A DNA stretch of 38,092 nucleotides. Source: Catajapyx aquilonaris (Eukaryota). A program made the translations under genes and the position numbers. Of the stretch, positions 22,330 through 37,220 are shown piece after piece (the stretch's first letter is position 1; each line of letters opens with the position of its first letter). The stretch is taken from assembly GCA_000934665.2 (NCBI GenBank), contig KZ538971.1, positions 1 through 38,092 of the forward strand. The letters run 5' to 3'. A model generated the notes under the pieces. The model was not told the origin of the DNA. It did no database searches and saw nothing but the letters and a program-made list of their open reading frames with translations.

Positions 22330-22989
22330 CAAGTCACACGAAAGCCCTTGAATCTGAGATTAGTGTGCGGCTTTCCATCTAACCCGAGTGACAACACGTA
22401 CCTCGACGTAATTGAGAAGAAAGTACGATTGAGTTACAACAGATAGGTAATTTGGAGGGAGGTCAGGTCACGTTAGTCGTGAGTTGTGGTCTGGAGCTAT
22501 AAAATGTCACTTCTAAAAAGCAGGAAATGGTGGAAAACAATGTGTTTCCTTTGATACGTAACATACCGCTACGCAAGCCGCGGGAAAAGAAAATGAGCGG
22601 CTGAAAAACACGAAATGTTGCGATTAGTTGCTCGAGTACATATCTGTCGCTTCCGCAACTGTCGTAATTGCCTTGTTGTACAAGCTATTACAAGGTGGGA
22701 AGATAGCCGGTACATGCTCATATGTAAATAGCCTAATTAACCAAAATCTGAACCGTTAATTAATGGAAAACCGCATCCACGGGGAAGGGACGGATAGAGT
22801 GCACCCGGAACCCGATAATCGAAAAAATGTCTTATAGCACGGCTCTGATACCTGTCCACAGCGATAAGACTTTTTTCTTCGAAAAAGTCTAAAAGTGCAA
22901 CAAGCTCATCAGTCTGATTCAAAATTTGTGGTAGGTACGAAGCACTTGACAATTACTTGCGTAGGTCGCAACGCACGGCGACAGATGGC

Positions 22990-23225
22990 GAAGCAGGCAG
23001 TTAGATGAGCGATATTTTTACGGTTTACAATACACGGTTTGGCTTCCCCTGCAAAAGGGCGGCATTGAGCTTGTGCCCTGCAGCCTGTAAACGTATACCA
23101 GTAGAGGGTTGGGAGACCTTAAAAATAGTTTGGACACCCAGTTAGGGAGCGAAAGAGATTCGTTGGGGAGACAAGGCGACAACCCGACAACTTGCTGAAG
23201 AAGACTTGACGAGACCAAAGTACAG
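22990..23225 (+). other. Candidate non-coding first exon of DAAM
   Basis: CpG-rich segment ending in donor CAG|gtcagt (23225/23226), upstream of the acceptor tgctttcttatgacag|G at 24376/24377. The 5' boundary is a guess. Confidence 0.4.
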
Positions 23226-24511
23226 GTCAGTTGTGTCAGTCACCAATAAAACAGGTGCTAAGTGCGCCCCCATTTTCCATCACGATTTTGGTACCACATA
23301 CAGACCATAAGATTTTTTTTTCGCATCAAATACGGAGTGGAAATGAACTCGTCACGCTTTTTTTGGTATTCCACCCCCCCCCCCCCCCCACTCTAGCTTT
23401 TATTCCGCTCCAAGTCAGACGTGTTGAAAACCCCCCAAGGTTTGGTCGCTTGATATCGGAAAGTGAGGTTGGAGGAATCAATTCCTGGTGGCTGAAGCTA
23501 GAAAAAAAACATTACGTCCTTCGATACGGTTAGTATTCCTTCCGCAGTGCGCTGAACTTACGATGAAATATGCATGATTCAAAGTGGCTGTTTGCTTTCA
23601 GGGAGTTGGCCGTCCACGCCTCTCTAAAGATGTAAACGATTGCGATTTTTGGTGTGTACTAAGCTGATTAGTTTCAGCAAACGTACCGGTAGTCACCTTC
23701 TTGGAAATCATCGTAGCCACTTGCTATTCATCAAGTTAGTCGTCATTATTTCCACGCGATATTTTCCAATTGGACGCACTTTGTAGGGTGCGTGCTTAGG
23801 GTTGTGCACGAAACGCAAAGTAATGCAGAAGCATGGATTCACAAATGAGTTAAAGACATTCCTGTATCCGAACCTGAACTGGCCTTTCCGTGGCTGGCTG
23901 ACTTGTTATGCTCCAGACCAGCATTCTCTTGAGCCAGTAAGCATTTCAAAGGTAACAAAAAAAAAAACTTCTTGTGTCGCTCAACAATCCCCCTCCTTTT
24001 TCCATTTCGGCGGCCCACTATTTTTTCGGCGTCCCACTATTTTGGTAACCAGTCCCTCATCAGCTTGGGACTAATAAGAAGGTGACATGGAGGTAGGGGG
24101 ATTTTTGTGGGCACATTTTTGTACCGTCATTCATTACCCCCCGCTTGTTCGCAGCTGGTGTAAAGTATGGGTAACAAACAACAGATGGGACGCAATACTT
24201 CCGCGCTGCTGGTTCAAACTGAGCACAGTTATTCCGTCTTGTCCAATCGAACTCACCTGCTGGTACACACACACAAAAAAACAGGCTCCTAACTTTCTCT
24301 GTACATATATAAAAAAGAGTCGTCCCTTTATGGAATCGGAATCGGTTGTGTTAATGGACATGCTTTCTTATGACAGGTTTTGGAAAGGCTGCCAGTAAGG
24401 CTGGCGTCGGGTGTGGAATTGGGCGGTCTTCCCAACCGCCTGGCAACCCTGAGTTCACGGCTGCTGGCACCACTGCTGCTTCTGAAGGGGCAGCAGCAGC
24501 CCGCCAGAAGG

Positions 24512-27500
24512 ATGCCGGCGGCTAGGGTCAGAAAAGGATGGTGCGGCTGCTTTCAGGTACAAATTTTCATTGTGTTTTTTTGGTGTCCCACTTCGAACCT
24601 TTAGTCTTGTAATGGATGGTATTTTGAACAGTCACTGGCAATTCATTTTCCTTGGCATATACGGAACTATTGAAGGTTGTTGTATTTCAAAACTGACAAG
24701 TTGTCAATAATGAGCAGTAATGATGTATTGGGTAATTGTTGATGGCTTCCATCTTGTTTGGCGGATGGTAAAAGTAGGCGGGTAGATAAATGCCAAGGGC
24801 AACACGAGTGCCATTTGAATTTCAATATGTGTAGAAAGGGTGAAAGCAACTGGTAGGCAAGGTTTTTATATTTTCGTGAAAAGTCTCATGATTACGTGCA
24901 ACTTCTGCTTCGTACAAAATATCGAATGGCGAAAGTCAAGTTAGTTGACTTTTGCCATTAGATAAAAAGTATACCATGTCTACCAAACATGGATGGAAAA
25001 TATCCATTACTTTTTGGGCAGTAAAATTGAGAGAATTATTTTCATATCACTTATTAATAAATTACTTTTAAACAGAAAAGTCCGTGACAAATTGTCGTGT
25101 ATAGGTGTTGAAACTTGAAATATCCTGTCCACCTCGAATGTGATTTAAAAACTTGACACATATCATTCGATACGCCACTTACTCATCGCGTACACAAATC
25201 CGAGTGATTCCCCCGCACGAAAGGTGTAGTTGAAACAAAGTGTCACGTCACAGATGTGGCTCGGGTCACATTTGTTTCTCCAGGTTTACCAGATATGAGG
25301 TGTCATAATGGCTACGTTACATTACTTATATTAAAGTTAATATTACCAGATAATTTTCGACAGAATTATTTCATACGGTAGAGAAGAAAAAGATAAATTA
25401 TTTATTTTTTGTTTCTGTACCAAATGAAAATAGATGCCCTCGGTTTAAAAACAGACTTTGATAATAAATATGATTACTTAATATTGAGTAGGTGATTACT
25501 AATGTTCAGCATACATTTGACAAGAATAAAACTGACCTTGTATAATAATATGCCTACTAATAGTGTATTTAAATTAATGTACCATATAAGTGAAGAATGA
25601 CATGGAACAGAGTCCAAGGTCATTCCAAAAATTTCTCACGACAGAGCTCTTAAACTTTGTCACCATATCGAGTGTCGCATGTTTATTGAACATAAAACGA
25701 GCATAAAATAGTACCCTCAAGTTTTCCATGAATTTTGCTCGCGTAATAATTATTTCGCTTCATATATACGTAGAGTGTAGGCCTAATCACATGACGAAGC
25801 GGTACTTTTCTTTCTCTGGGGTCATGTTTCCATGCCCAATGCGTTATAGAAACAACTGGCCCTATATAGTACTTTGGCAGAATCGAAATTCAACTGCGAC
25901 TATTCGAAATCATGCCTTAACACACCTCAAGGTCATAATGTGTATAATATCTGACACACATACCTGTTGTGTCAGCTGTTTGAGATATTTCGGAAAGTGG
26001 GTGATTTGTTGACACCAAACTAGTCAAAAATGTAGAGGTGTGAAATAATGAGGCACCCACCGTTAATGACATAGTCGTAAATATTTATATCGGTGCTAGG
26101 CATACCGGCCCGGGTCTTACTGACGCAATCGAAGGTATATGTCTACGAATCAAGGGATAGTGATAGTAAAAATAAGACCGAGCGATAGCAGCACAACAAC
26201 GCATCCATCGTGCCATATCTGCTGTCAAAGCTAGTGTATGGAAAATATTCTATAGTAGGCCTACTATATTGCTCCAAATAATTGTTATTATTATCGGTCG
26301 TTTACCGTTATTCGTGCCGCATTTTGTTCATTTACCTCTTTGTCATTTTCTGGACTAAGGAATATTTTTTCGCAAATTCTGCACCTGACATACTGTAGGT
26401 AATGCCTCTGTACTACAAGCTCGTTGTATTCATTCGTTAATGGTGGGTTCTTTGCAATTTCACATCCCTACATTTTCCACTTAATTGTGGTAAAGCAATC
26501 ACCTGGCATACGGATTTTGTTTGTTACATCGCGTCGAGTGAACGATAAAAGGCCCTGAGTGAGCACTTACTTGATTACCATCAAACGGAATTACAATCTC
26601 ATTGAGCACGATCAACGGGGAGGGGACCTGCAATATATATGCCCAATTGAAGATTATTTACACTTGAAAACTGCGTGATCTTCAATAATACAATATATCA
26701 ATCTGTAACAGAGAACACAAAAGTGAATCTGCTAGACCTTGTAAAAAAATGGACAAACCGACTCATAATTAACACGGAGCGTACCCGGTATCCGAAATAG
26801 ACAAATGTATAAAAAGTGATTAACTTTTGTGAGCCTAACAAAGCATTCTGTATATGGAGGGCTTTGCATACAATTCTTGATTTAGTGTTTCCCTCTGATT
26901 AGCCGGATGAGCCACCAGAAATTACCTACTGCGTGGTGGATCCTGCGGGCAATTTGTCCCTGCAGGCACTTACTCCTACTCAGCCAATGCCAGATGAAGA
27001 AGAGCTTAACAACAAGTTTGCCGAGTTAGTGGTGAGTGTCACTCCAGATGGCTGGAGTTTGGAAAGCAGACTCAGCTCAAACATCACATATAATTGCAGG
27101 AAGAGTTGGATCTCACTGCCACAAACAAGACTGCCATGCTCAACTTGCCTCCAGAGAAGAAATGGCAAATATATTGCAACAAGAAAAAGGTACTGTCGAC
27201 ATTTACAGAACAAGAACATCCTTTTCAATAAGCTAATATTATAATCAGCGACCTTGCCGGTTCTCAGAATTTGAAATGTCAATTCGCAATATTGTCACAC
27301 CTGACTGCATTTTGGTGTCGGTCACTTCTAAGTAACTCACTACCGGTAGGTTCCGTTCCTCACGAGTAGTTATGAAGACACCGAGCCATTATTTTGGTGC
27401 TAAGTGGAGATAGATTTGCTATGGGGGAGGACATCATTTTTTTTTGCACTTGAGATTAAGCAATAGGGATGAGGGAGTCTCAAAGCGTGATTCCCAAATG

Positions 27501-30500
27501 ACGAATGTATCATTTTGATCAATTATAGAACTTAATAACCATGTCCATTTTCACTTGCAGGACCAAGAAGGCGAAACGGATCTTTCTCACCATCCAGAAC
27601 ATTACATCGAAAGGGTTAATGCCCTAGCTTTGGTACGAACTCTGGTTACTTATGATTTAATAATTATTGATGCATTTCATCCTCAAATACTTGGTTCACT
27701 TGCTACAAACACAGTTTATATGCCACTGGCACAACTTTGGTTAGAAATGAACTGAGCGGGGTTGAGTGCAACACCTCAATTGTTACACTGAATATACTAA
27801 AACGAGGTGCAAAGTGTTCACTACAATGCCACATTTGCAGCTCACTCAGCCTTTTGAAGGATCGGAAGAAGAGGTCAGGAGTCGAGTAAAAGTCCTGGAA
27901 GGCCTCAAAACAGCTCTTCGTACTCAACCTCACAGTTTTGTGGTTCGTTTCATGGAATTGGATGGCCTACCCTCTCTCTTGTCCTGCTTGTCCAAAATGG
28001 ACTATGACACGGGACAGAGCTCCATCCACACCTCGCTCTTGGGGTGTCTCAAAGCACTCATGAACAACTCGGTGAGTTTTTTCACACATTTAATTTCTTA
28101 AATCAACTTGGTCTACTAATATGTCTCATACTATTTCAGAATGGACGGGCACATGTGCTGGCACATCCCAACGCCATCAACATAATCGCGCAAAGTCTAA
28201 GCACCGAGAATCTCAAAACTAAAGTGGCCGCCTTGGAAATCCTAGGAGCTGTATGTTTGGTCCCTGGAGGACACAAGAAAGTACTCGAGGCCATGCTACA
28301 TTACCAAAAATTCGCCGCTGAAAGAACTCGATTTCAGGTACGTCTCATTACTCATCCTAAATTGGGGACACACTACTAGGTGGTTACGCAACGATGTTAT
28401 ATTTAAAGTTCGATTGTAAGTGGATTAGTTTTTATGGTCCTGACATTCTATTTCGAGCCTCCCTTCCCCCCCCGTAAAACCGCTCCAAAAGTAACTTCCG
28501 GGATATTCCAAAATACTCCAGTGCAGAGTAATAGTGTACCACATCTATAGTACTAATCTGCATAATTTGTAGTAATCTAAGCCGAAACTAAAGACCGACC
28601 ATGAAACTCCCACGTGGTTTTGTGTACTGTAGCTACAGTTCGAAGACCTAGAATATATCCTACAGCAGCAGTTTCATTGCGTGGGAACCAAGAGAGAGGG
28701 GGGTTGGTGGGTGGATAGGTGGGCTGCTCCTGATGCAGGTCGATAGGATGCTGGGCGAGGTCAGTGTACCCAGACTACCTACGGTATTGATCTGTCTGGC
28801 TTGGCTGCTATAAATCCCCAAGTCATCAGTTGCGGAGGGGTGGATTCAGCGTTACGCACATAGACTGTGTGTACATAAGTAGCTTTCCGAGCCAATCCGT
28901 GCTCCCACACCCACTACCCACGCAAAGTGTGTGGTCAGCATTTCTTATGATCAGAGGTCCTATTATAATTACACGTGCTTTCAGCTACTTTAATGGGCGG
29001 AAGGGGGAATTTGGTTCAAGCTTTTTCATGGTGTGTAAAGACAGGGGGGGGGGGGGGGGGGGGNGGGGGAACGTTGGCACGCGATAAAAACATTATTTGC
29101 CTACCAAAAAAAATTATTGATCAGAGATGAACAGGGTTTTAAGCATGCATATGTTTGCTGAAAGAGATAGTAGTGTGAGAGTATTATTGCAGGTTGTAAA
29201 TGGGGATTTTAGTGTGTATATTTTGGGCGAGAACTTCCCTTTTCTCGTTAGTTATTTTTAAAAGGTTCAGAGCCTCAAGTTTTACTGCAAGCTTTTTCTA
29301 ATATTAACAGCAAAATTGGGAATATTGGGAGTGAAAGTAGTCTTCCCAATATGCTCTTGTGTATACTGTAGTCTAGGTGCGAATATTCTCAACATCCTAA
29401 AGCAAATGTGAATGAAAGTGATGAACATATGCACTAACCTTAAAATTAAATTTTAATTCCACGTTTCTCGTAATTTTAAAAATCTCCGGCTGCATCATGT
29501 AGGGTTTTCATCGAATTAGTAGCTGATATTGCGTCAAAATTTTGTTATCCGAGAGCGAGAAATCCGCTTCCACATGTGTACGACTTTACACTTACAACCC
29601 CAGTGTAATTTCCATCTTGATGTGGAGTTGGATGCGGTGTACTTACGACTAATCTTGTAGCTACTGCACTGCGCAAGACTGCTGAGACAATCAATGAATG
29701 TACCATATAGCTATCGGGAGGCAGACATGTCAGAAAGACTCAAGCATTTTGTTAAAGATGCTTTACAACTCGAAAGGTTTACACAAACCTGAAAAATACA
29801 CGCGCAAACAAAAACAGGAGGCTTATGGAAGATGTGGATCAATCTGATGCAGTATAAGATACTTTAATCCCCTTGTGACTAGAATATGGATATAATCAGG
29901 AGCAGTATCCACTTTCAACATATACTAAAACTTCCTTTGTACGAGTAATAATATTAAATATTAATTTAAATTAAAGACCTATCGCATCCAGCTTGAAAAA
30001 ACGTGTAAAACTGCAACTTGTTGGCAGTTACCTCCCTCTGATATATGGCACTATACATAACACGAAAAGAATAAAGTTATACAGCGTGTTCCACAATTGA
30101 GGTGCCCTTCTTAGAAGTTAGTTGAAAGCTATTATTTTGGCCCCAAGCTGCTGTCACTTTAGAAGAATTACTGTACTGATAGGTTATCAAATTTATTAGC
30201 TGCTAATATATTCGGTTGCGTGGACATATATCCTTCTTAAAAGCCCATAGGAGAGTCTATCCTGCGCAGAATGGGTTCTCTGGTATTGGCGATTGATGCT
30301 ATAATTGATCCAGCGGGCCATTATTAAAAGAAAATTTATTTAAATTGAGAACGTCTTGGTGGATAATTTAATTAGGCCTAATAGTAGCAGTTAATTCTGT
30401 ACGTAGCTGCTAGGAGTAACTGCTGTTCCAAAGTGGAGGCATAAAAATAAACACCTTAGGAGGACGAAATATCGTTAACTGAAACGGACAAATCAATCGG

Positions 30501-33500
30501 AAGAAGCTGTATTTTTGAGCTCAATATTTCGAAAATGATTGAACTATTGCATTTCAGAGTGTTGTGAACGATCTGGACAGGAGTACAGGGATATACCGCG
30601 ACGAAGTGAGCCTAAAAACTGCCCTGATGTCGTTTGTAAATGCTGTCCTTAATTATGGACCAGGACAAGATCAATTAGAATTCCGTCTCCACCTCCGCTA
30701 TGAGCTTCTTTTATTGGGGATCCAACCAGTCATTGACAAACTCCGACGCCATGAAAACGAAACCCTGGACAGGTAAGGAAATATCATAGAACTGCATTTT
30801 ATTGTTTTCTTGAACCCTATTTCTTACCACGCAGACATTTGGACTTTTTCGAAATGGTCCGCAACGAAGACGAAAAGGAACTAGCCAGGAGGTTCCACCA
30901 GACACACGCTGACACAAAAAGCGCTAGTTCCATGTTCAATTTGCTACAAAAGAAGCTTAATTACACTGCCGCATATCCACATTTCCTATCTCTCTTGCAA
31001 CACTGCCTGTTGCTACCACGTAAGTCTCAATATGTCGGTGTTCTACAATGGGAATATAATTTTACAACCATATTTTTCTTTGTCGCAGTGGACTATGGTG
31101 CACATCCTCAGCACTGGCTTTTGTTCGACAGAATTATTCAACAGATAATTCTTCAGGGAGAAGACGGTGACGATCCTGACGTGTCTCCTCTCAAGATCAA
31201 TGTCCGAGAAATTGTTCACTTGTGAGTACAAATTTGATCAGTTTTACTTTTCTGGCGGCAGAAAATATCTTGACAAAATCTAACTACAGGCTGGCCAAAG
31301 AAGAAGAGTTAATGGCAGCTCGATGTAAGGCCGAGTCTCTGGAGAAGGAGAATGGCGAATTGGTGACCAAATTGTCCAAAAAAGAGCAGGAATTAGATCA
31401 GAAAGTACAGGAAAAGGTCAGACATTCTGTCAACGATGTTGGGACAGCGATAAGTCACAATGCTAATTAATCGCCACATTTGCAGGAGGATATGGAAGCC
31501 AGTGTGTCTCGCTTGAAAGACAAGCTTGAGAAGGAGACCGTGAAACAACTGGAGGCCCGACAGATGATGGCTCAGCTGGACTTTCAACTGGCAGAGGTCA
31601 GGCAGCAATTGGAGGTTGAGCGGGGGCGTAATTCGCAAGCCACGGGGCCTTCTCCCGACGGCCGCCCCTGTGCTGTTCCACCCCCTCCACCTCCGTCATC
31701 AGCTCTTCATCCACCTCTTCCTCCACCACCTCCACCTCCAAGCCAAGGATTTGGCCCTCCACCTCCCCCACCTCCTGGTCCACCACCTCCTCCACCCCCG
31801 GGCCAATGCGCCCCGAGGCCGCTGACTTTGCCCCGAAAGAGTGTTCCGCAGGCGTCTGTCCCAATGAAGTCTTTCAATTGGGCTAAGCTACCCGAGTCCA
31901 AAGTAGACACAACTCTGTGGCGGGACCTGGACGAGTCACCTCTCTTTGCCATGCTTGACCTCCATACCCTAGAGAGCCTGTTCTCTGCCCACCAGCAGAA
32001 GAATGGCATCCCGGTATGTGACAAATCAGTAAGGACTCTTCTGATTTCCTGATGCACCATATAATGAGAATGGTGTCATATTAATTTGCTCTTCTTCAGT
32101 ATGATGGGTCGTCAGAAGACCTGAGGACGCTAGGCAGGAACAAGAACAAGGGGTTGTCAGTCATTGACAGCAGGCGAGCTCAAAACTGCACCATTCTACT
32201 GTCTAAGTTGAAGATGTCTCATCAGGACATCAGCAAGTAAGCATCAATAATAATAGATGCGCATGTTACCAAAAAATATGAACGTAACTCTTTCCGCCAG
32301 GGCTATATTGAGCATGGACAGCAAAGATCATCTTCCATTGGATATGGTAGAGCAGCTCCTCAAGTTTACTCCCAGTGCAGAAGAAAGGGCGCTTCTGGAG
32401 GAACATGGCGAAGACACCGACAGCATGGACAGAGCAGAACGTTTCCTCTTTGAGATTTCAAAGTGAGTGTCATAATAGGCCTACATATTAATTCAAATAT
32501 ATCTAATGTGTACGTGTTATTAAACAGGATTGAGCATTACGAGCAGAGATTGAAGACGTTGTGCTTTCGAAAAAAGTTTGGCGCCTTGGTTGGCGAGTGT
32601 CGACCCAGACTTCGTGCAGTCCAAGAAGCCTCGCGTGAGATGCAGAGGAGCAAACGTCTCAAACGGCTCCTGGAGGTTGTCCTAGCTCTAGGGAACTATA
32701 TGAACAGAGGTCAAAGGGGCAACGCCTATGGGTTCAAGCTGTCCAGCCTGAATAGACTCGTCGACACCAAATCGGCATCTAACAAGAACGTGACCCTCTT
32801 GCATTACCTGGTTCAGATCCTAGTAGCTAAGGTGGGTTGATTACATCGCATGCCGTTTCCTTCTATCCCATGCTTTTTGTCTATTCCAGTTCAAAGATGT
32901 CCTCGAAGTAGAAGATGACCTTCCTCATGTTCGTGAGGCTGCTAAAGTTAGGTAAGGTTTGTTAGTCGTGGGAATGAACTGCATTAGTTAACGACTCCAT
33001 TTCGTGGCTTTAGCTTGGCGGAACTAGAGAAGGATCTGGGCCAACTTAGGGCTGGCTTGCATGAAGTTGAACGTGAGATGGAGTACCAACGCAGCAGACC
33101 TGTGGCCACGGGTGACCGATTCTTGCCAGTCACCAAAGACTTTGTAGCCTCTTCCACTCTCCAGTTCTCCGAACTGGATGACCATTTCCGGGACATGAAG
33201 GCTGGGGTATGTCCGTTTTAAATGCTCGTACATAAAAGTCTAGAATTGGATTGCTCAACATTGGTTTGACCTTTCAGTTTGAGAGGACCGTCCGATTGTT
33301 TGGAGAGGACCCTAGCACCATCCAACCGGACGAGTTCTTTGCTACTGTGGACACGTTCATGGCAGCGCTGAACGAAGCTCGACAAGACAACGACAACAAC
33401 CGTCGCCGAAGAGAAGAGGAGGAGAAGCGGGCCAAACAAGAAGCAGAGGTAGACTCAATTTGCAACTGTATATGGCCCTCGTGACTCACAGTCATGATGT

Positions 33501-33817
33501 TTCAGCTGAAGAAGAGGACCATGGAGCGCAAGGGCAGTCGCGACGGACTGAAGGGAGGTCAAATGTCAAACGGGTCGGTAGTGGGCAGCGGGAGCGAGAG
33601 CAGCCGAGGAAGTAGCGGAGGTAGCCGAAAGGGCGAGTTTGATGACCTGATCTCAGCCCTGCGGACCGGCGACGTGTTCGGAGACGACGTGGCCAAGTTC
33701 AAACGAGGTCGCAAGAGGAGCGTGGTGGCCAATGGAGGCGGAAGCTCCCCTCCACTCATTATCGACGGTCTGGCTAGGGCCGGCAGCAGGGAGAGGGTCA
33801 TGTTGCCATCATCTTGA
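24512..33817 (+). CDS. DAAM: Dishevelled-associated activator of morphogenesis (formin; GBD/FH3, coiled coil, FH1, FH2, DAD), 1097 aa. Exons: 24512-24556, 26903-27031, 27100-27189, 27561-27632, 27841-28071, 28140-28337, 30558-30772, 30835-31019, 31089-31221, 31290-31416, 31486-32013, 32100-32236, 32301-32462, 32528-32831, 32890-32951, 33014-33206, 33278-33448, 33506-33817
   Basis: All 17 introns are GT-AG and phase-consistent (3294 nt in total). DAAM-specific motifs: [69 protein letters not shown], polyproline FH1, [48 protein letters not shown], and [19 protein letters not shown] followed by KRGRKR. Confidence 0.97.
29044..29069. repeat. Poly-G tract with one N
   Basis: Seen directly in DAAM intron 6. 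Confidence 0.9.
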
Positions 33818-34552
33818 GATGATTATCACTAATATACGCACACCTACCCGCGTCTGCTGTTACTAACTCCGTGCCATATCTCCTAAGAGTGGCTCCCTTT
33901 CCGGGCATCGATCATTCCGGTTTATCATTGCGGCATTTTTATGTCCCCTCTTTGGTAGCTTTTTCACTTTTGTACAAACGCCACGAATCTCGTCATTTGG
34001 AGTAGCTTTATGTGCCGTTTTTTTCTTGTTACATTCCTTCTTCACTTGCGGCACACTTGGGCTATGACTGCCCAAACACGGTGGACATTTTGCAGGCGAA
34101 TTGGTGGTGGGGTGGGGGGTGGGGGGTATAGCAGAATCATGTTGTACGGCAGTGATGTGAATCGTAATAATTGTACATAACGATATAACCTGTATGTATT
34201 GTACGGCAGCAAAAATTTGTGTTTATGGACGTCCTTTGACAGCTGAAGTAAATATAACAGGCATTTATCAGTGCTATAAATTGTGATAGGTTCAGCACTT
34301 ACCCTCTAAAAGTCTAAATGGTAGTATGTATATTGATAAAATTTTATGGTAATGACGTAGGTGAGTACCACCGTGTTTTGTCGTCACGGCTCAAGTGCCT
34401 CCTCTGTTCAATTTATCGGAGGAACGCTCCACCCTTCATCGGCATTTCAAAATAGTTGTTAATTTTGAGTGCGACGAAAAATGGTGTCACAAAATGTTTG
34501 GTCCAAAGTTGTCAGGCGCAGAAATGACGGTCACTTCATGTAAATGTTATGA

Positions 34553-34558
34553 AATAAA
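34553..34558 (+). promoter_or_regulatory. Candidate DAAM polyadenylation signal
   Basis: AATAAA ~735 nt after the stop codon. Confidence 0.4.
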
Positions 34559-37220
34559 TAGAAGATATACTGTCATAAGCTGTCTCCTCCAAACTTCTGA
34601 AAGTGTCACAGGGGTAATTAAATAAGTAAATAAATATACTGTCACTATGAGCATGGCAATGTGTGATTTAATTTTATTTAGCTCATGTTGTAGACATTTG
34701 CCCATATAGAAATTAATATTAGATCTACATAAAAGCAGCATTCTATCGCAAGTAATTGGAGTAGTAGAATGAAAATCCCTAACACATGTCGAAGGAAGCA
34801 GTCTTAAAGCCGGCCTCGTTTTCTAGTTGGAACATTGAGTAAGTTCGGAAGCGGTCCTTATGAGGAATAGATTTTTCAATTTGGATGCAAGCTATGCTCC
34901 ATTTGATGGATTTTAATCTTGAATTTAATTTCCATAAGTAAAAATATATCCAATTTGGTAATACAGTACGGCATAAGTAAAGAGTAATGTAGGTCAATGC
35001 TCGGCTCATTTCTATTCCTTTCACTTCAACCTGATTTCTCTCCTTTCCTCGTTTGTTGTTTTAAGAAATAATTCTGTCTATCCTCCTATCATCCCTCTTA
35101 TTATTCATTTGTTATAATCTCAAACATATGGCAGTGATGTTATTATCACGTCCATGAGACCTCGTAGTTTATCTGCTGAAACTCTGACACCTGAGAATAA
35201 TGTTCCTAATTGACGGTAAGATACATGTCATGGTCGGTGCACGTGTAGGTAATAAAATAAATAGTAAATTGCCAAACAACTGAGCTGGTATACACGATAT
35301 CGGGAATGACGCACTGAACCATGCACTGGACCATCCTTTTCCAAGCGAATCTGTTTCCAAATAATCCAAAGTAATTATGAAATTAATAAAGCCTGATACC
35401 CAAACCTACAACAAAATTGTCCTCATCAGATTTGCTTGTAATCTTCATGCGAATTTTAGGCCTTATGAAGGTCCGCTCTCTCGGAAATGCCACAATTTAA
35501 ATAGAAGGACAAAATAATATCTCTCCAAATTATGCAATAATCTATAATGCAATTTATCATTCGTGTGTTTGATTCCAGCATTTGAGTTATAGGCTACTCT
35601 ATGTGCAGTAGTCTATAATATTATGCCAGAATTTATTATACAGTTTTTTTTTCCCCCGAATCCACGAATATGTTTTGCCTACACTCTCGTTCAATTTCCA
35701 TTTATTTATGTGGGAAAATGCTTAATTACTGTAACTCTGACGCAGATATCAGCATAAGCTAGAAAAGTTCCTATACCAAATTGTATGATTTTGCTTTTTT
35801 TTTTTAACATGAGAAGCTTGAATGGTTCCCATTGCATGGTCCACACAATTTTCTCGGCCTTGTCCATATGCTTGATCTCTACAGTATTTACCCACCGACG
35901 GCGTACACCATTACCATTAGTTCCTCTTGGATTTTTTTTTCTGTAATTCAATTCATTCCCCGTTATGGGTTCCTGTAGGCAGGCTGTGACTGTACCACTC
36001 AGGAAGTCTGTCGTGGGCACTGAAATCATATATCCAGTGAATGATTGCATCAGGCAAATTTACAGTCTACTGCAGTCGCCCAAGTATATGAATTCATTCC
36101 CAGTGTGTATATGAAGGTATTGTTTTCAATATTTTCATAATGACTGGGATACCGTACCGGGAAATGTGTTCGCGTCGGGTCCATCAGGGGCATTGTCAAA
36201 TCGTTAGTTAGACAGCGTAACTATTATTTTTATCCGCATATTTTTGGAAGATTTGTTATTAAATAAATTTCTTAGTAGACTACAATCTGCACACTGTCAG
36301 TACAGTACATGCCAGAATTAGGACCGAAGCAAGTAGAGTAGCAGACTGTCTTCCCCTTTCCTGAGCATTTGATTCTTACGAACTCTGGCACACCGCTGCG
36401 TTGTGCTCTGGCGTATACCTTACATTGCAAGCACAGGCCAGAGCCATCTCTGGACTATTTGGGTAAGGTCGACATGTTGCATGACTCAGTTGATTAACTT
36501 CACTTTTGGGCCACTGGGAGCTCAACTTCTCTCAGTCTCTCACAGTAGGCTACAAATTGAACAATAAAAATTGAATGTCCCTAAATCATGCCTGGTCTGA
36601 ACCTCTGGGGCACCATTACCTTTTCTGCTTTTGCGCCAATGATTCGCTCAATCAGGATTCTATATCGTAAGGTTCATCATGAGTACTGGTACTGCCTTAA
36701 ACCTACGACGAATAGCCAATGTGCCAGTAACAATGTTTATGAACATGATTCCACTAGCACATTGTATAAAAGCTTAGGCCCATAAGGGGCTGTTCACACT
36801 TAACAATAAATGACTATATAACATTACATGACTGTTGAAAAGTAGACTGGGGCATCTAGGCATTGTCGTACAGTAGGATTACCACTGAAGTATGTGGGGG
36901 AATGCACTCGAGTGCCTCTCTGACTCAAGAAGGCCGATAGTTTATGGGGCATAGAAATGTTTGTTGAGGAACAGTCAGCCGTGATTTTTTGTCGAACTCG
37001 GGGAGAAGGCCAGATCTCAAAAGCGAACGTGATAAAGCACTGAAATGTTGAATTTGGCCGTTTCTCACGCACACCACTTTTCTACAGTTAATGCCTTTCT
37101 TGCTTCTAAAGATGTTCCACACAGTGAAGAGAGTGTGGTACATAAAACAATAATAAAAGCCTAGCACCAGAAAAAAATCAAGACACTACGACAGTAAAAC
37201 TACAATTACATTATGCACTG

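Noticed and set aside
28809..28831. TATAAAT plus TCAGTT as an internal DAAM promoter
   Set aside because: Spacing is 19 nt rather than ~30, and no convincing alternative exon follows.
29600..29800. THAP-domain relic in DAAM intron 6 (LKHF)
   Set aside because: No full C2CH pattern in a consistent frame.
31598..32060. Gly-rich and Glu/Val-rich minus-strand ORFs
   Set aside because: They are antisense shadows of the DAAM polyproline FH1 exon.
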